A stretch of 64,000 bases of DNA from an uncultured Nitrospiraceae bacterium (GCA_964447405.1 CAYUSP010000003.1:384135-448134), one strand, 5' to 3'; positions 33,052 to 44,613 are shown, counted from the stretch's first letter. A program made the numbers and translations. Notes: a model not told the origin generated them from the letters alone.

Positions 33052-33723
33052 TCAGTCCTTCCGAACGACAATTGGTTCAAGACCTTCAAGCGTCAGTTTG
33101 GCCGCTACCTGCTCTGCCCGCTCCTCCGTCGCATACGCTCCCACGCGCACCCGATACAATACCGCGACATTAGCCTCATAGGGTGTTATGGTTACCACCT
33201 CGAACCTTTTGTTCAGCCGTTCCTTCAGCATGCGGGCGCTCTCCTGTTCCGAAAATACGGCCGCCTGCACGGTGAACTGGCCATTGTTCCTCACGGCATC
33301 CACAGCCTCGATCCTGACCCGGGCAATGCCCTGCGCCGCAAATTCCAGGTCTTTTGCGGCTCCATAGGACAGATCTAAGACCCTGCCTTTTACGAAAGGC
33401 CCCCGGTCAATTACCTTAAGCTTGATGCTTTTGAAGTTGTCAAGATTGGTCACACGGATCAGCGTGCCAAGAGGAAGAGTGCGGTGAGCAGCAGAAGGCA
33501 GATTCATATCGAAGATTTCGCCGCTTGCGGTCTTTCTGCCGTGAAATTCCCTGCCATACCAGGCGGCAATCCCGGTCTCGCGGTAGATTTGGTCCGGCGC
33601 CGCAACCGGCGCCTGAGCGTCGGAAAACGCATCGCCGGGTGCAGCGCCTTGTACCGCAAAAGGCGCTTCCCTGGCTGCACAGCCGGAGAGGATAATGCAA
33701 GCCAGCAGAAAGGTAATCACCAT
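33052..33723 (-). CDS. rlpA: Septal ring lytic transglycosylase RlpA family lipoprotein with C-terminal SPOR domain
   Basis: Lipobox LSGC; DPBB motif GIAAWYGREFHGRKTASGEIFD; C-terminal SPOR-like FTVQAAVF...YRVRVGAY; start set at the lipoprotein Met (ORF open to 33807). Confidence 0.8.
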   Translation of the reverse strand: MVITFLLACIILSGCAAREAPFAVQGAAPGDAFSDAQAPVAAPDQIYRETGIAAWYGREFHGRKTASGEIFDMNLPSAAHRTLPLGTLIRVTNLDNFKSIKLKVIDRGPFVKGRVLDLSYGAAKDLEFAAQGIARVRIEAVDAVRNNGQFTVQAAVFSEQESARMLKERLNKRFEVVTITPYEANVAVLYRVRVGAYATEERAEQVAAKLTLEGLEPIVVRKD

Positions 33724-33769
33724 TGTGCTGATGGAAGATGATGCTCCGAAGCACATGCCGCAGTTCCTG

Positions 33770-33997
33770 TTATGCAGATGCCTTTTCCCCGGCAGCTTTA
33801 GCCTCACCGGCCTTCTTTTCCGCCGATTTATACGCTTTAGCAGAACGCAGTTTCCGTTGGGCGCGCTTTACTTTCTTCTGCGCTTTGCGTAGATCTGGAT
33901 CAGCGGTCTTGCCTTCAGCCTTCTTTTTGGTCTCTGTGGCCGTTGCTTTCAGTTTTTTGATCTTCTCTTGCAATTTTTCCTGGTCAATCTTAATCAC
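33770..33997 (-). CDS. Small Lys/Ala-rich basic protein (histone-H1-like low complexity)
   Basis: GGAGGAG RBS 6 nt upstream of GTG; about 75 aa KKxxKA repeats; not an antisense shadow. Confidence 0.4.
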   Translation of the reverse strand: MIKIDQEKLQEKIKKLKATATETKKKAEGKTADPDLRKAQKKVKRAQRKLRSAKAYKSAEKKAGEAKAAGEKASA

Positions 33998-34241
33998 CGT
34001 CAACTCCTCCTGAATGAATGCTTCGAATTTTTCCTGCCCATATCGTGCCCCATAATAGTCAAAAGCCTTCTTAAAATCAAGGAATTTATGACTCGCTCTT
34101 GATTTTCGATATCGTCCATGTGCTTTCAGCGTTCCGTTTCAATGTTTGAATACGAAAGCATTCAAACCACAGCTGCATCGGTCATGAAATAAAAAAAGGG
34201 AGCCGCCAAACATCGGCGGCTCCCGGCGATACGTTCTATAC

Positions 34242-34535
34242 TTAGCAACCCACTGGAGCTTTTTTTGCTGGTGCTGCGGCGGCAGCTGCCTTCATGCTCT
34301 TGATCGTGTCCTTCTCGACAGTCACTTCCACCTTGTCGCCGGCCTTTACCTTGCCGAGGTCCACGGACTTATCAGCCTTCAATGTCTCGTCCTTGCCATC
34401 CATGGTGAGAACCACCGTGCCGGCCTTTGCATCAATGCTCTTAACTGTTCCCATCTTTGCACCTGAAGCAAATGCCAGCGAAACCAATGCTACAACCAAC
34501 ACTGCTGTTGCCAGAACTACTGCGATCTTCTTCAT
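34242..34535 (-). CDS. Small secreted protein (OB-fold-like), Ala/Lys-rich C-terminus ending in Cys
   Basis: GGAGGAG RBS, signal peptide MKKIAVVLATAVLVVALVSLAFA. Confidence 0.5.
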   Translation of the reverse strand: MKKIAVVLATAVLVVALVSLAFASGAKMGTVKSIDAKAGTVVLTMDGKDETLKADKSVDLGKVKAGDKVEVTVEKDTIKSMKAAAAAAPAKKAPVGC

Positions 34536-34723
34536 CTTCTCTACTCCTCCTAGAATGGATTGTAATGCTACGGAGCCGTACAATACCACAAGTTTAGCGA
34601 TTCCACAATTAAAATTTTAAATGATGCGATTTGATAATTTTGTATCACTTAATAGCATATGCTAAATCTATTAACAGCATTTAATACGAATCCCATTACT
34701 TATGTTTAGACCGTGTTTTATAC

Positions 34724-34752
34724 TTGACAGGGTATGGCAAATTTGATAGATT
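34724..34752 (+). promoter_or_regulatory. Sigma70-type promoter TTGACA-17-TAGATT
   Basis: tacTTGACAgggtatggcaaatttgaTAGATTgacc, about 50 bp upstream of the 34805 gene. Confidence 0.5.
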
Positions 34753-34804
34753 GACCGTGCTCTAAAGAAGTAAAATTTATTTCAGGAAGGGGGGTGAATC
34801 ACTA

Positions 34805-35035
34805 ATGAAAAAGATAATTGCTCTGTTTACTGCAATGGCATTTGCTCTTACCTTGGGCGTAGCATTCGCACAGGAGAAGGCAGCAGCACCGGCGGCAGCT
34901 CCTGCAAAGGCTGAGGAGAAGGCAGCACCGGCAAAGAAAGCAAAGAAGGCTGCAAAGAAAGAGAAGAAGGCTGCAAAGAAGGAAGCGGCAGCAGCACCGG
35001 CGGCAGCAGCACCGGCGGCTCCGGCTGGCAAGTAA
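34805..35035 (+). CDS. Small secreted Ala/Lys/Pro-rich protein
   Basis: RBS, signal peptide MKKIIALFTAMAFALTLGVAFA, then PAKKAKKAAKKEKK repeats; followed by a terminator. Confidence 0.55.
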   Translation: MKKIIALFTAMAFALTLGVAFAQEKAAAPAAAPAKAEEKAAPAKKAKKAAKKEKKAAKKEAAAAPAAAAPAAPAGK

Positions 35036-35101
35036 TTTCTCTATACCGCTAATTCATTATACCGAGCGGAAGAAAGAAATCCTTAAGATTCAGACTAAAC
35101 A

Positions 35102-35136
35102 AAAGCAGGCGGTAATCCCGCCTGCTTTTCTTTTTT
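35102..35136 (+). terminator. Rho-independent terminator
   Basis: aagcaggcgg-taatc-ccgcctgctt + T-run. Confidence 0.65.
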
Positions 35137-35163
35137 CCTCGCCGAGGGTCTTCCTTAAAACAC

Positions 35164-35925
35164 CTAATCCCACCAGAGAAAGAGCCTGTTCGTCCTTTTA
35201 AGGTCCCTGATCAGCCCCTCCACCGTCCCGGGGCCCTGGTCAATAGCGTCAGGGCTGAAATCATATACCTCTTCAGCAAAAGCTTTCAGGTCCTCTGGCA
35301 GCACCCTGAATTCCAGTTCCACCCAGTCATTATCAGCACCGATAATGTCAAACCAGGATATTTTCTCCCACTCCTTTAAATGGTCGATCACGTCCTGATT
35401 CGAAATATCGTATTCCGCACCATTCGTATGCATGATCCGCAGGATGTCGAACTGGTCAGTTCCCTTTAGCACGCCAATCTTGTCAACCTTGATCCCGCCG
35501 TTAATCTCCATGACGAATGGCATATAGCGAAGCGGGACAAGTTTTTTTCTGAGCGACGCCATGACAAGGTCGGTCATGTCATCCGGTACGGTTACTGCGA
35601 TGCCGGGCGCAATGATCCGGTATCCCTGTTCATCGAATCCAACCAGCCGTCCGACGCGGTCGCCGGTCTCCTGTTTCACGATGAGTAAAATCTGTCGATC
35701 AAATTTGAGGATTCGCGCCACTTCCTCCGCATATGCGGACAGGGTGACTTGAGTCCCGGTTATTCTGCTCGAACTGATAATTTGCGCACTTGCCGTTGGA
35801 GCACTTGCCAGGCTGCCTGTACTGTTCGTTATGATGCCCGTCGTCTGTGAACCCGCATTTGCAAGAGGCAATCCAGCACCAAATAACAACAGTACAACAC
35901 ACAACTGCAGAATCACTTTACCCAT
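35164..35925 (-). CDS. Hypothetical secreted protein
   Basis: Start set at MGKVILQLCVVLLLFGAGLPLANA (ORF open to 36024); Ser/Thr-rich linker then globular domain; no family assigned. Confidence 0.5.
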   Translation of the reverse strand: MGKVILQLCVVLLLFGAGLPLANAGSQTTGIITNSTGSLASAPTASAQIISSSRITGTQVTLSAYAEEVARILKFDRQILLIVKQETGDRVGRLVGFDEQGYRIIAPGIAVTVPDDMTDLVMASLRKKLVPLRYMPFVMEINGGIKVDKIGVLKGTDQFDILRIMHTNGAEYDISNQDVIDHLKEWEKISWFDIIGADNDWVELEFRVLPEDLKAFAEEVYDFSPDAIDQGPGTVEGLIRDLKRTNRLFLWWD

Positions 35926-36250
35926 ATACTCGATTCCTCTTTCTCTGACCAACCGCTTCGGGATGGTTAGCGGCGCATACCCACGACACAATGGTGCATA
36001 CTTTATCATGGAATGGCCAACCAAAACAATAGAATATCTTTGTACAAGGAATCAACTCATAACATGTCGGAAACACCTCAACGTGTCATTCTGCGTCCTT
36101 CTGGCTTTCACCCTAAGCAGAGCGAAGAGTCTCGCTTAATCAATACGATAAGAGACCCTTCACTACGTTCAGGGAGACACTTACCGACTTTCTATGAAAC
36201 CATCACAAGTAGACTGTTCATGAAAGTCACAGGCTTGCAGGTCATGGCTA

Positions 36251-36886
36251 TCAGATCTTTTTTGAAGGGCAGAGGTCGAAAAGCACACACGCGCTATGCA
36301 AGGTCTTTCTGGCCTGGCAAACTTTCCTGCCATGGAAGATCAGCAAGTGGGAAAGCCTATCCCAATCCTTTGATGGCGTATTTGCCATCAGGTCTTGCTC
36401 TATTTTTACCGGGTCCTCGTGTTTGGTAAGGCCCAGACGAAAGGCCAGCCGCTTTACATGGGTGTCTACCGCGATCCCCGCATTGATACCGTATGCGCCG
36501 GACAGCACGATGTTCGCGGTCTTTCTTGCAACCCCGGGAAGCAGGACCAGTTCCTCCATGGTATGCGGCACCTGTCCTCCGAACTGCTCCTGGAGCATCA
36601 CCGCGGTCCGGCTGATGTTCTTTGCCTTGGTATTGAAAAAGTTAACCGACCTGATGTCCTGTGCGAGCCTATCGGAACTTGCGGCGGCAAAATCCTTGAT
36701 TGATCGGTATTTGCGAAACAGGATTTCCGTCACCTTATTCACCTGTACATCGGTTGTTTGAGCCGACAGTATGGTCGCCACCAGAAGTTCGTGAGGCTTG
36801 GAAAAGCGGAGCATGGTCTGCGGTGTTGTCGTGTATTCCCGTTCAAGCCGCTTGAGAATGAGAGCAATCTTTGTTTGTCTGTTCAT
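36251..36886 (-). CDS. nth: Endonuclease III
   Basis: HhH-GPD (LPGVARKTANIV...D) and C-terminal [4Fe-4S] CQARKTLHSACVLFDLC. Confidence 0.9.
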   Translation of the reverse strand: MNRQTKIALILKRLEREYTTTPQTMLRFSKPHELLVATILSAQTTDVQVNKVTEILFRKYRSIKDFAAASSDRLAQDIRSVNFFNTKAKNISRTAVMLQEQFGGQVPHTMEELVLLPGVARKTANIVLSGAYGINAGIAVDTHVKRLAFRLGLTKHEDPVKIEQDLMANTPSKDWDRLSHLLIFHGRKVCQARKTLHSACVLFDLCPSKKI

Positions 36887-37208
36887 AAACCCTCTGAGGC
36901 CTGCGGCAGCGGCATTAAACTATTGTATGATATTGTCGGAAAGACCCAATGAACAGAAAAGATAATGGTCCTTTCGTAAATAAGTTGAAAAACGTAAATA
37001 GAAAATCAATTAAAAGAGCTAACAGAATCTTTGACACGGATAAGGGCCGATAGGAAGAACGATTTTCACTGATACATCAAAGTATTATCCGTGATAATCA
37101 TATTTGAATCCGCCGTTATCCGTGTACAAAGGTTTGTTGTAATGATTCTTCCGATGGGTATCATCTGGCTTCTTCAACTAAAACACGAATGACTCAAGAT
37201 AATTGACC

Positions 37209-37982
37209 TTAATCAGTGCGGATGAACGGCGTTTTCAGAAAGCCCCACAGCCTTTGATATTCGTCCTCACGGTATTGGGGAAGCCCGAGGTTTATCGCAC
37301 GGGTATCCGATCGAATCCGGTAGGTCTGCGCCAGCCGGTCCCAAACCGAAAGAATACTTGTATAGTTCGAATCCGTTTCCGAAAGGACGACCGAGTGATG
37401 AACCCGGTGCATGTTAGGGGTCGTTATGAATAAGCGCAGCACGCGGTCCCATGCTTCCGGCACAGCCAGATTGCTGTGGTGGAACAGTGCGGAGCTGTTC
37501 AGCATGACCTCGAACAGGAGCACCTCCTCAAATTTCATTCCCAGGAGCACGAGGATCGGCAGCCGGATGAAGGTGGACAGGACAAGCTCGCCGGGATGGA
37601 ACCGCAGCGCGGTTGTCGTATCCATGGCAATGTCGGAGTGATGCGCCCGGTGAAAACGCCACAAGAACGGGAGCCGGTGATTCGCCATGTGCCAGTAGTA
37701 CATCCAGATATCAAACAGAATAAATGCGGTAACGGGAGCAACAAGTCCCCATGCATCAGGCAACCGGAAAATACCCAGGGATCGTTCCTGCGCCCATGCG
37801 ATTACGCTCATGGTGATCCCCGCGAGTGCAAAGCGCGTCAGCAGGCCGTTCAAGACCGCTGTGGTAATATGCGGGAACGCATGCCGCGCCCTGCCTTTCC
37901 TGCCTGGATAATGAGGGAAGATGGTTTCGAGAATATAAATAAGAATCAGGAGGGAAATAATTGAGATAAGCTTGATATCCAT
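37209..37982 (-). CDS. Fatty acid hydroxylase / sterol desaturase family membrane protein
   Basis: Histidine boxes HMANH, HRAHH, HHSVV...H in a polytopic membrane protein. Confidence 0.75.
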   Translation of the reverse strand: MDIKLISIISLLILIYILETIFPHYPGRKGRARHAFPHITTAVLNGLLTRFALAGITMSVIAWAQERSLGIFRLPDAWGLVAPVTAFILFDIWMYYWHMANHRLPFLWRFHRAHHSDIAMDTTTALRFHPGELVLSTFIRLPILVLLGMKFEEVLLFEVMLNSSALFHHSNLAVPEAWDRVLRLFITTPNMHRVHHSVVLSETDSNYTSILSVWDRLAQTYRIRSDTRAINLGLPQYREDEYQRLWGFLKTPFIRTD

Positions 37983-37997
37983 GAGAACCGTTTCGTT

Positions 37998-38477
37998 TTA
38001 TCGATCCTGAAGACTGACCTTGTCAGCTGCCTCGTGCCAGCGCGATCGTATCTCCTCCACCCGCTTGCGATTCACACCCATATCCGAGCGGCCGATCCGG
38101 GACGCAGATCGGATATGCACCTGCCAGGAATTTTCGTCCAGCGCGAACTCAACATCATCCACGAACCTCCAGATGGCGCTCGTGAACTCGGCATGCACAT
38201 ACTTGTCTGTTTCTGATATGATCGCAGCCCGTTTCATGCCTGTGATGATGCTTTTGATCCTTGCAAGGGATTCGGTTGCAGTTGCAGCATAGGGCAGCGG
38301 TTCTATAAAATGCACCTTGTCAGCAGCATGGCTTGACACGCAGTTGGGGGTATCCGGACAAGGCGCCAGTTTGCCGTCATGTAATCCCAGATTTGCAGGC
38401 CGGACACCCGAGCATCCGTTCGCGAATATGCCTGCAATGAACGTCAGTAAAAACAATGCCGGACCTACCCTTTTCAC
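37998..38477 (-). CDS. DUF1499-like lipoprotein
   Basis: Lipobox (FANGC), PCPDTPNCVSS motif characteristic of DUF1499. Confidence 0.55.
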   Translation of the reverse strand: MKRVGPALFLLTFIAGIFANGCSGVRPANLGLHDGKLAPCPDTPNCVSSHAADKVHFIEPLPYAATATESLARIKSIITGMKRAAIISETDKYVHAEFTSAIWRFVDDVEFALDENSWQVHIRSASRIGRSDMGVNRKRVEEIRSRWHEAADKVSLQDR

Positions 38478-38715
38478 ACCATACCCTCGCCTGATTCACT
38501 GCTTCCCGCTGCTCTTAACAGCGCCGGAACTGTGGCCTCTTTTGTGTAACACTAACGCTGAACCTGACACCTGTCAAGATAAAAACGGCATTATTCGATT
38601 GACAATCCAGCCAATGCAGGGTAATATGCCCAGCTTTTCGTAAGGAGCAAATCTAAGACAGGATATCGCACGCGCACTCTTGCAGTACGTGCCGCGGTTT
38701 ATTAAAGGAACCATT

Positions 38716-40542
<1,827 letters not shown>

Positions 40543-40586
40543 CGATTCTCCTGGAGATAGTGCTAAAAGACATCCGCATACGAAAA

Positions 40587-40616
40587 GCCGCTGAATTGAA
40601 CTTCAGCGGCTTTTTC
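40587..40616 (+). terminator. Rho-independent terminator after typA
   Basis: gccgctgaa-ttgaa-ttcagcggc + TTTTT. Confidence 0.7.
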
Positions 40617-40668
40617 TTTGAGCCTTCTGCAGGGGATATGAGATAGAAAACGATGATGGGTATTCTTC

Positions 40669-42141
40669 TTAAAAATCCAGCGGGCTCTTCAGCTCTTTAA
40701 TGGTCTTGCTCGGCACGCAGTGAGTGTAAATCATGGTGGTCCGCACATCGGCATGCCCGAGTAGGGTCTGGATCGTGCGGATATCGTAGTTGGCCTGGAG
40801 CAGATGGGTGGCAAAAGAATGACGAAACGTGTGCGTGGTTACTCGTTTTGTAAGCTGCGCTTTCTTCACGGCAATATACAGTGCGTCCTGAAATCGCGAC
40901 TCATGCACGTGGTACCGCCGCTTTTCCTTGGATGATCCGATGATTGTCAGTGATTCCTGGGGAAAGAACCATTGCCATATAAATTCCTTGGCCGCGTTCG
41001 GGTATTTCTTTTCCAATTGGTCTTCTAGAAACACGCCAGCGTATCCTGCGGCAAGGTCGTCAGCATGCTGTTTTTTCACGAACGCTCGTTGGGCGAGCAA
41101 TTCAGGCGCTATCCTGTTCGGCAGGGGCACTGTTCGGCTCTTACCGCCTTTTCCCTTAATGGTGAGCAGTCCCGAATCGAAATTAAAATCCTTCACACGC
41201 ACTTTCACCGCTTCAAAGCGACGCAAGCCACAGCCGTACTGCAGCTTGGCAATGAGCTGATAAGGCTGTCCCAGTCGTGCAAGAACCTCCTGTATCTCAT
41301 CGCGTGATAGCACAACAGGAACATAGGTGGATTTCTTCGCTCGTGGAATGTCCTTATGATCGCCGAAATCTCTTTTGAGGATGTGCCTGTACAGAAACAG
41401 CAGGGCATTAAATGCGAGATTCTGCGTCGACGAGGACACCTTGCAGCGCACCGCGAGATAAGTAAGGTAACTCTTCACGTCCTGCGGCGAGAGCTGCACC
41501 GGATCTTTATGTGACAAATAGCACTGGAATTTCCTGGTCCAGTTCGCATAATGCTGCAGCGTTTTCTTGGAGTAATGCCTCATCTTGATCTCATCTACAA
41601 GCAGACTGATGATAGTATCCCATGCAGGATACCCTGACTTTCTCAGGCAGCGCCAATCATCATACCGCCCTTGGCGACGCTCGCTGCTTCCAGTAGAGGT
41701 TGGAGAACCGGGCGGTTCGCACATCATAACGGCATCTTTCGTTGCTGCCGATAGCAACGAGCCTTGTTCACGCGTCTGCTCGGAATTACCTCGAACAACC
41801 GCATTATTAACCCTGCCATCACGAATCGATGAAGGAGCAGTCTGTTGCTTTCGTTGAGCAGCGAAGAATAGGGATACTGAGGACGCCGCCTGCTCCACCA
41901 GCACTTCTGGCTGCCCCTTGGATCGGAGTTTTTCAGAGAACAGCCTGACTTGAACCGATCTTTCCTCTGGCGGTGAATACTTTGCCTGAAAATCCAGGAA
42001 ATACCTGATCCATTTCCGGTATTCATTACGCGCAAACAGAGGAATATTGTGCGTTTTTAGAATTTCATCAAAACGAGCGAGGATTTCTGGAGGTATGCCC
42101 TTCATATCGTCGTCCTTTTGTTTCCTATCAGATAACTGCAC
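40669..42141 (-). CDS. intI: Integron integrase (tyrosine recombinase) with N-terminal extension / duplicated SAM-like domain
   Basis: Box I LQYGCGLRRFEAVKVRVKD, IntI-specific insertion (QLEKKYPNAAKEFIWQWFFPQ...RRYHVHESRFQDALYIAVKKA, cf. IntI1 [21 protein letters not shown]...RRHHMYDQTFQRAFKRAV), Box II HTFRHSFATHLL, LLGHADVRTTMIYTHCV; divergent from an attC-bearing array. Confidence 0.9.
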   Translation of the reverse strand: MQLSDRKQKDDDMKGIPPEILARFDEILKTHNIPLFARNEYRKWIRYFLDFQAKYSPPEERSVQVRLFSEKLRSKGQPEVLVEQAASSVSLFFAAQRKQQTAPSSIRDGRVNNAVVRGNSEQTREQGSLLSAATKDAVMMCEPPGSPTSTGSSERRQGRYDDWRCLRKSGYPAWDTIISLLVDEIKMRHYSKKTLQHYANWTRKFQCYLSHKDPVQLSPQDVKSYLTYLAVRCKVSSSTQNLAFNALLFLYRHILKRDFGDHKDIPRAKKSTYVPVVLSRDEIQEVLARLGQPYQLIAKLQYGCGLRRFEAVKVRVKDFNFDSGLLTIKGKGGKSRTVPLPNRIAPELLAQRAFVKKQHADDLAAGYAGVFLEDQLEKKYPNAAKEFIWQWFFPQESLTIIGSSKEKRRYHVHESRFQDALYIAVKKAQLTKRVTTHTFRHSFATHLLQANYDIRTIQTLLGHADVRTTMIYTHCVPSKTIKELKSPLDF

Positions 42142-42359
42142 AGCCGTTGTTCATTATTCGTTTTATATTATAGTGAACACCCGTTCACCTGTCAAGCGCC
42201 AAAGTTAACTTGACACCCCGCATACTATAAAATATACTCGCCTCACAAACAAAGAGTTCGGGCATCATTCTTGCTAAGTCGTAAACACCGAAAATCCGTT
42301 CTTTACGACTTATCCCTAACTCGATAATCACTGGTTAATGACTGGGTGACAATTCTTCT
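42142..42359. mobile_element. attI region of the integron
   Basis: Located between the intI start and the first cassette; contains the Pc-like promoter, a 10-bp inverted repeat AAGTCGTAAA/TTTACGACTT (42284-42322) and GTTAATG near 42333. Confidence 0.5.
42210..42238 (+). promoter_or_regulatory. Pc-like cassette promoter (TTGACA-17-TATACT) in attI, reading into the array
   Basis: acTTGACAccccgcatactataaaaTATACTcgcc. Confidence 0.6.
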
Positions 42360-43238
42360 ATGTTTGCTGACATAAAATATATTCTACCCATCACTATCGC
42401 CTTAATTGGCAATCTGCTTGTTCTTCCTGCTACTTTTGCTGCAAACGTAGACGATCAGGCTGATCGCATCAAGGCTCTGATTCAAGAACAAAAACATAAG
42501 TATGATTCATATCCCCAAAATATTGACCACGTTTATATCGATCTGAAAATTGAATATGACCGTGCTGGAATCGAAGCCGCGCTTTTATATGCCAAACGCC
42601 ACATATTAAAAACAGAAGGGCGAAATGTTGAGGCAACGCTGAGACTTGATACAACGACTGGAGCTGAAGACATCATTGCCGACCTAGAAAAGGAAGGCAT
42701 GACAAGCTTCACGCGCCTATCCCAACCGCCAATAAGTGTCAAAGGTAGAATTCCAATATCAATGCTTTGCGATTTTTCCTCAAAACTGAACCAACAGTTG
42801 AACCAGTCATACTGCTGTGCTTACATCGAGAGCGCCTCTCTGCAACCTGATTTTACTCGTCGTGATTCATATCAAAAAGAAATATCAGGCGCTTATGAAA
42901 TGTGTAGTGGTTCGATACGCTGGCCGTTACAAGTTATTGCCTACTTACAGCAAACAACTTCAAAAAGTACTGTATATGAGTTTGCAAATTTAGCCAACGA
43001 AACAATCGACGACGATAGAGTAAATGGGATTATTAATTTTGTACCGCTGAATCGCGATGATGAAGACAAATTTTATTCACTTTTAAAAGCTCATCGCGTC
43101 GAAATTATTAAAAATGACCGCAATTATAATCAGGAACTGACTGCCTTGCTTCCAATTGAGAAGCTAGTCGATTTATGTAAGAAAAAGTACGTCTTGAATA
43201 TTTTTAGACAGAGGCGCAAAGTTCTTCCAATTGATTGA
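42360..43238 (+). CDS. Cassette ORF: hypothetical secreted protein
   Basis: Signal-like N-terminus (ILPITIALIGNLLVLPATFA), 292 aa, several Cys; no family. Confidence 0.55.
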   Translation: MFADIKYILPITIALIGNLLVLPATFAANVDDQADRIKALIQEQKHKYDSYPQNIDHVYIDLKIEYDRAGIEAALLYAKRHILKTEGRNVEATLRLDTTTGAEDIIADLEKEGMTSFTRLSQPPISVKGRIPISMLCDFSSKLNQQLNQSYCCAYIESASLQPDFTRRDSYQKEISGAYEMCSGSIRWPLQVIAYLQQTTSKSTVYEFANLANETIDDDRVNGIINFVPLNRDDEDKFYSLLKAHRVEIIKNDRNYNQELTALLPIEKLVDLCKKKYVLNIFRQRRKVLPID

Positions 43239-43244
43239 CAGTGT

Positions 43245-43307
43245 GATTTTAACCTGCGCCTCGACAGCGCCGCGCTAAAAAGCGGCGCGTCAGGCGCGTG
43301 GTTAGTT
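43245..43307 (+). mobile_element. attC site 1 (family A)
   Basis: tTTTAACCTGCGCCTCGACAGCGCCGCGCTAAAAAGCGGCGCGTCAGGCGCGTGGTTAGTT. Confidence 0.75.
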
Positions 43308-43339
43308 TTTCATTTTTTAAACTTACTGAGGGTGTGTAC

Positions 43340-44605
43340 ATGCGACTACTATCTAGTCTTTTAATGGTAATCATTAGCATCTGTGCGCAACAAGTCGCGG
43401 CCTCTGAGTCGCTTACCTGGGTTGGGCCTATTACGGTAATATCTGACAAATTTGAGCAATCCGGCGGAATATTTGGGTACACTCATACTCTCGACCAAGG
43501 TGATTGTTGCTGCGGTGGGCCAGCTACAGAAGATCGGTATCCAGATCAAATCAGGGTTGATGAAAAAGGCAATATCGCTGTCGGCGATAGATGGCATCAC
43601 ATGCACCCCGATGCAAAAATTCGTGTTTTCAATTCAACTGGTAAACTCATGTCATCATTCTCACAAACGAAAGAAGGGTGTACAAGCGGAGGCTATCTTT
43701 GGCCGGGGCACATGCAATTGCGAAACAACAAGATAATAGTAGAAACGGGAAACTGTGCTCAAGTATACAATTATGACGGCAAGTTGTTATGGCATCTCGG
43801 TCGAAGTACTAATAGTTATCCGGAATTAAAGATGGTTACAGAAGACAGAATAATTTTTAGAAAATATCTTAAAGACCCTTTCGGGAAACTAGAGTCAGAG
43901 CGCAAGGATATTCAAGCCGGGTGGTTAATATATAGCTTAGACGGAAAGCTGATTGAAGAGAAATTGAACTTTGAATTACCGCAACGAAAAGAAGGGGTCA
44001 ACGTCGTCGATGGATCAAGAGTCTATTCAAATGTTCTAAAAGCGACCGGCCGTTATGGTTTCAGAATCGACAAAAACAAGAATTTAATAGTTTTTAGAGT
44101 CAATGAAAAACCTGACGATTATGAACAAATACACTCGTTTCCTGCTGGGACACTTGATATTTATGATTTATCTTCGAAATATATTTATACGATTGTATTA
44201 CCACAAAATGAGTATTCACAAAACAGATATTGTGGGGAGGGCGCATTTGCAGGTAAAGATGTAATAGCTGAATATGGCGAAGCTAAAGAAGTCGATATCA
44301 ATGGGAATATCTATCTCACCTTATTCCTTCCAACGGAACTCAAGATTATTAAATGGATTCCTTTATCCTTAAATAATCCTCTGCCAGTAGATACAATTTC
44401 TAATCTAGATAAGAAAGCGTTGCGCATTCTAAGAAATGAAATTTATGCTCGAAAAGGTCGAAAGTTCGAATCAAAAGATCTTGCTGATTTATTTTCAAAG
44501 CAGCCATGGTACACTCCGATAGATAATTACAGTGATCATTTATTATCGAAAATTGATAGGGACAATATTGATGCAATATTCGAAATCGAGCGAAAGAAAA
44601 GATAA
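43340..44605 (+). CDS. Cassette ORF: secreted protein with C-terminal YARHG-like domain
   Basis: Signal peptide MRLLSSLLMVIISICAQQVAASE; C-terminal NEIYARKGRKFESKDLADLFSKQPWY resembles the YARHG domain; GDCCCGG motif. Confidence 0.55.
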   Translation: MRLLSSLLMVIISICAQQVAASESLTWVGPITVISDKFEQSGGIFGYTHTLDQGDCCCGGPATEDRYPDQIRVDEKGNIAVGDRWHHMHPDAKIRVFNSTGKLMSSFSQTKEGCTSGGYLWPGHMQLRNNKIIVETGNCAQVYNYDGKLLWHLGRSTNSYPELKMVTEDRIIFRKYLKDPFGKLESERKDIQAGWLIYSLDGKLIEEKLNFELPQRKEGVNVVDGSRVYSNVLKATGRYGFRIDKNKNLIVFRVNEKPDDYEQIHSFPAGTLDIYDLSSKYIYTIVLPQNEYSQNRYCGEGAFAGKDVIAEYGEAKEVDINGNIYLTLFLPTELKIIKWIPLSLNNPLPVDTISNLDKKALRILRNEIYARKGRKFESKDLADLFSKQPWYTPIDNYSDHLLSKIDRDNIDAIFEIERKKR

Positions 44606-44613
44606 ATTGAAGA

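Noticed and set aside
34777-35031. Minus-strand 84-aa ORF (Ala/Gly/Phe-rich)
   Set aside because: - It is a mirror of the plus-strand AK-rich gene 34805-35035.
- The plus-strand gene has the RBS, signal peptide, promoter and terminator.
42284-42322. 10-bp inverted repeat AAGTCGTAAA/TTTACGACTT in attI considered as a terminator
   Set aside because: - There is no T-run.
- Given its position it is more likely part of the integrase-binding architecture of attI or a regulatory hairpin.
- It is left as part of the attI feature.
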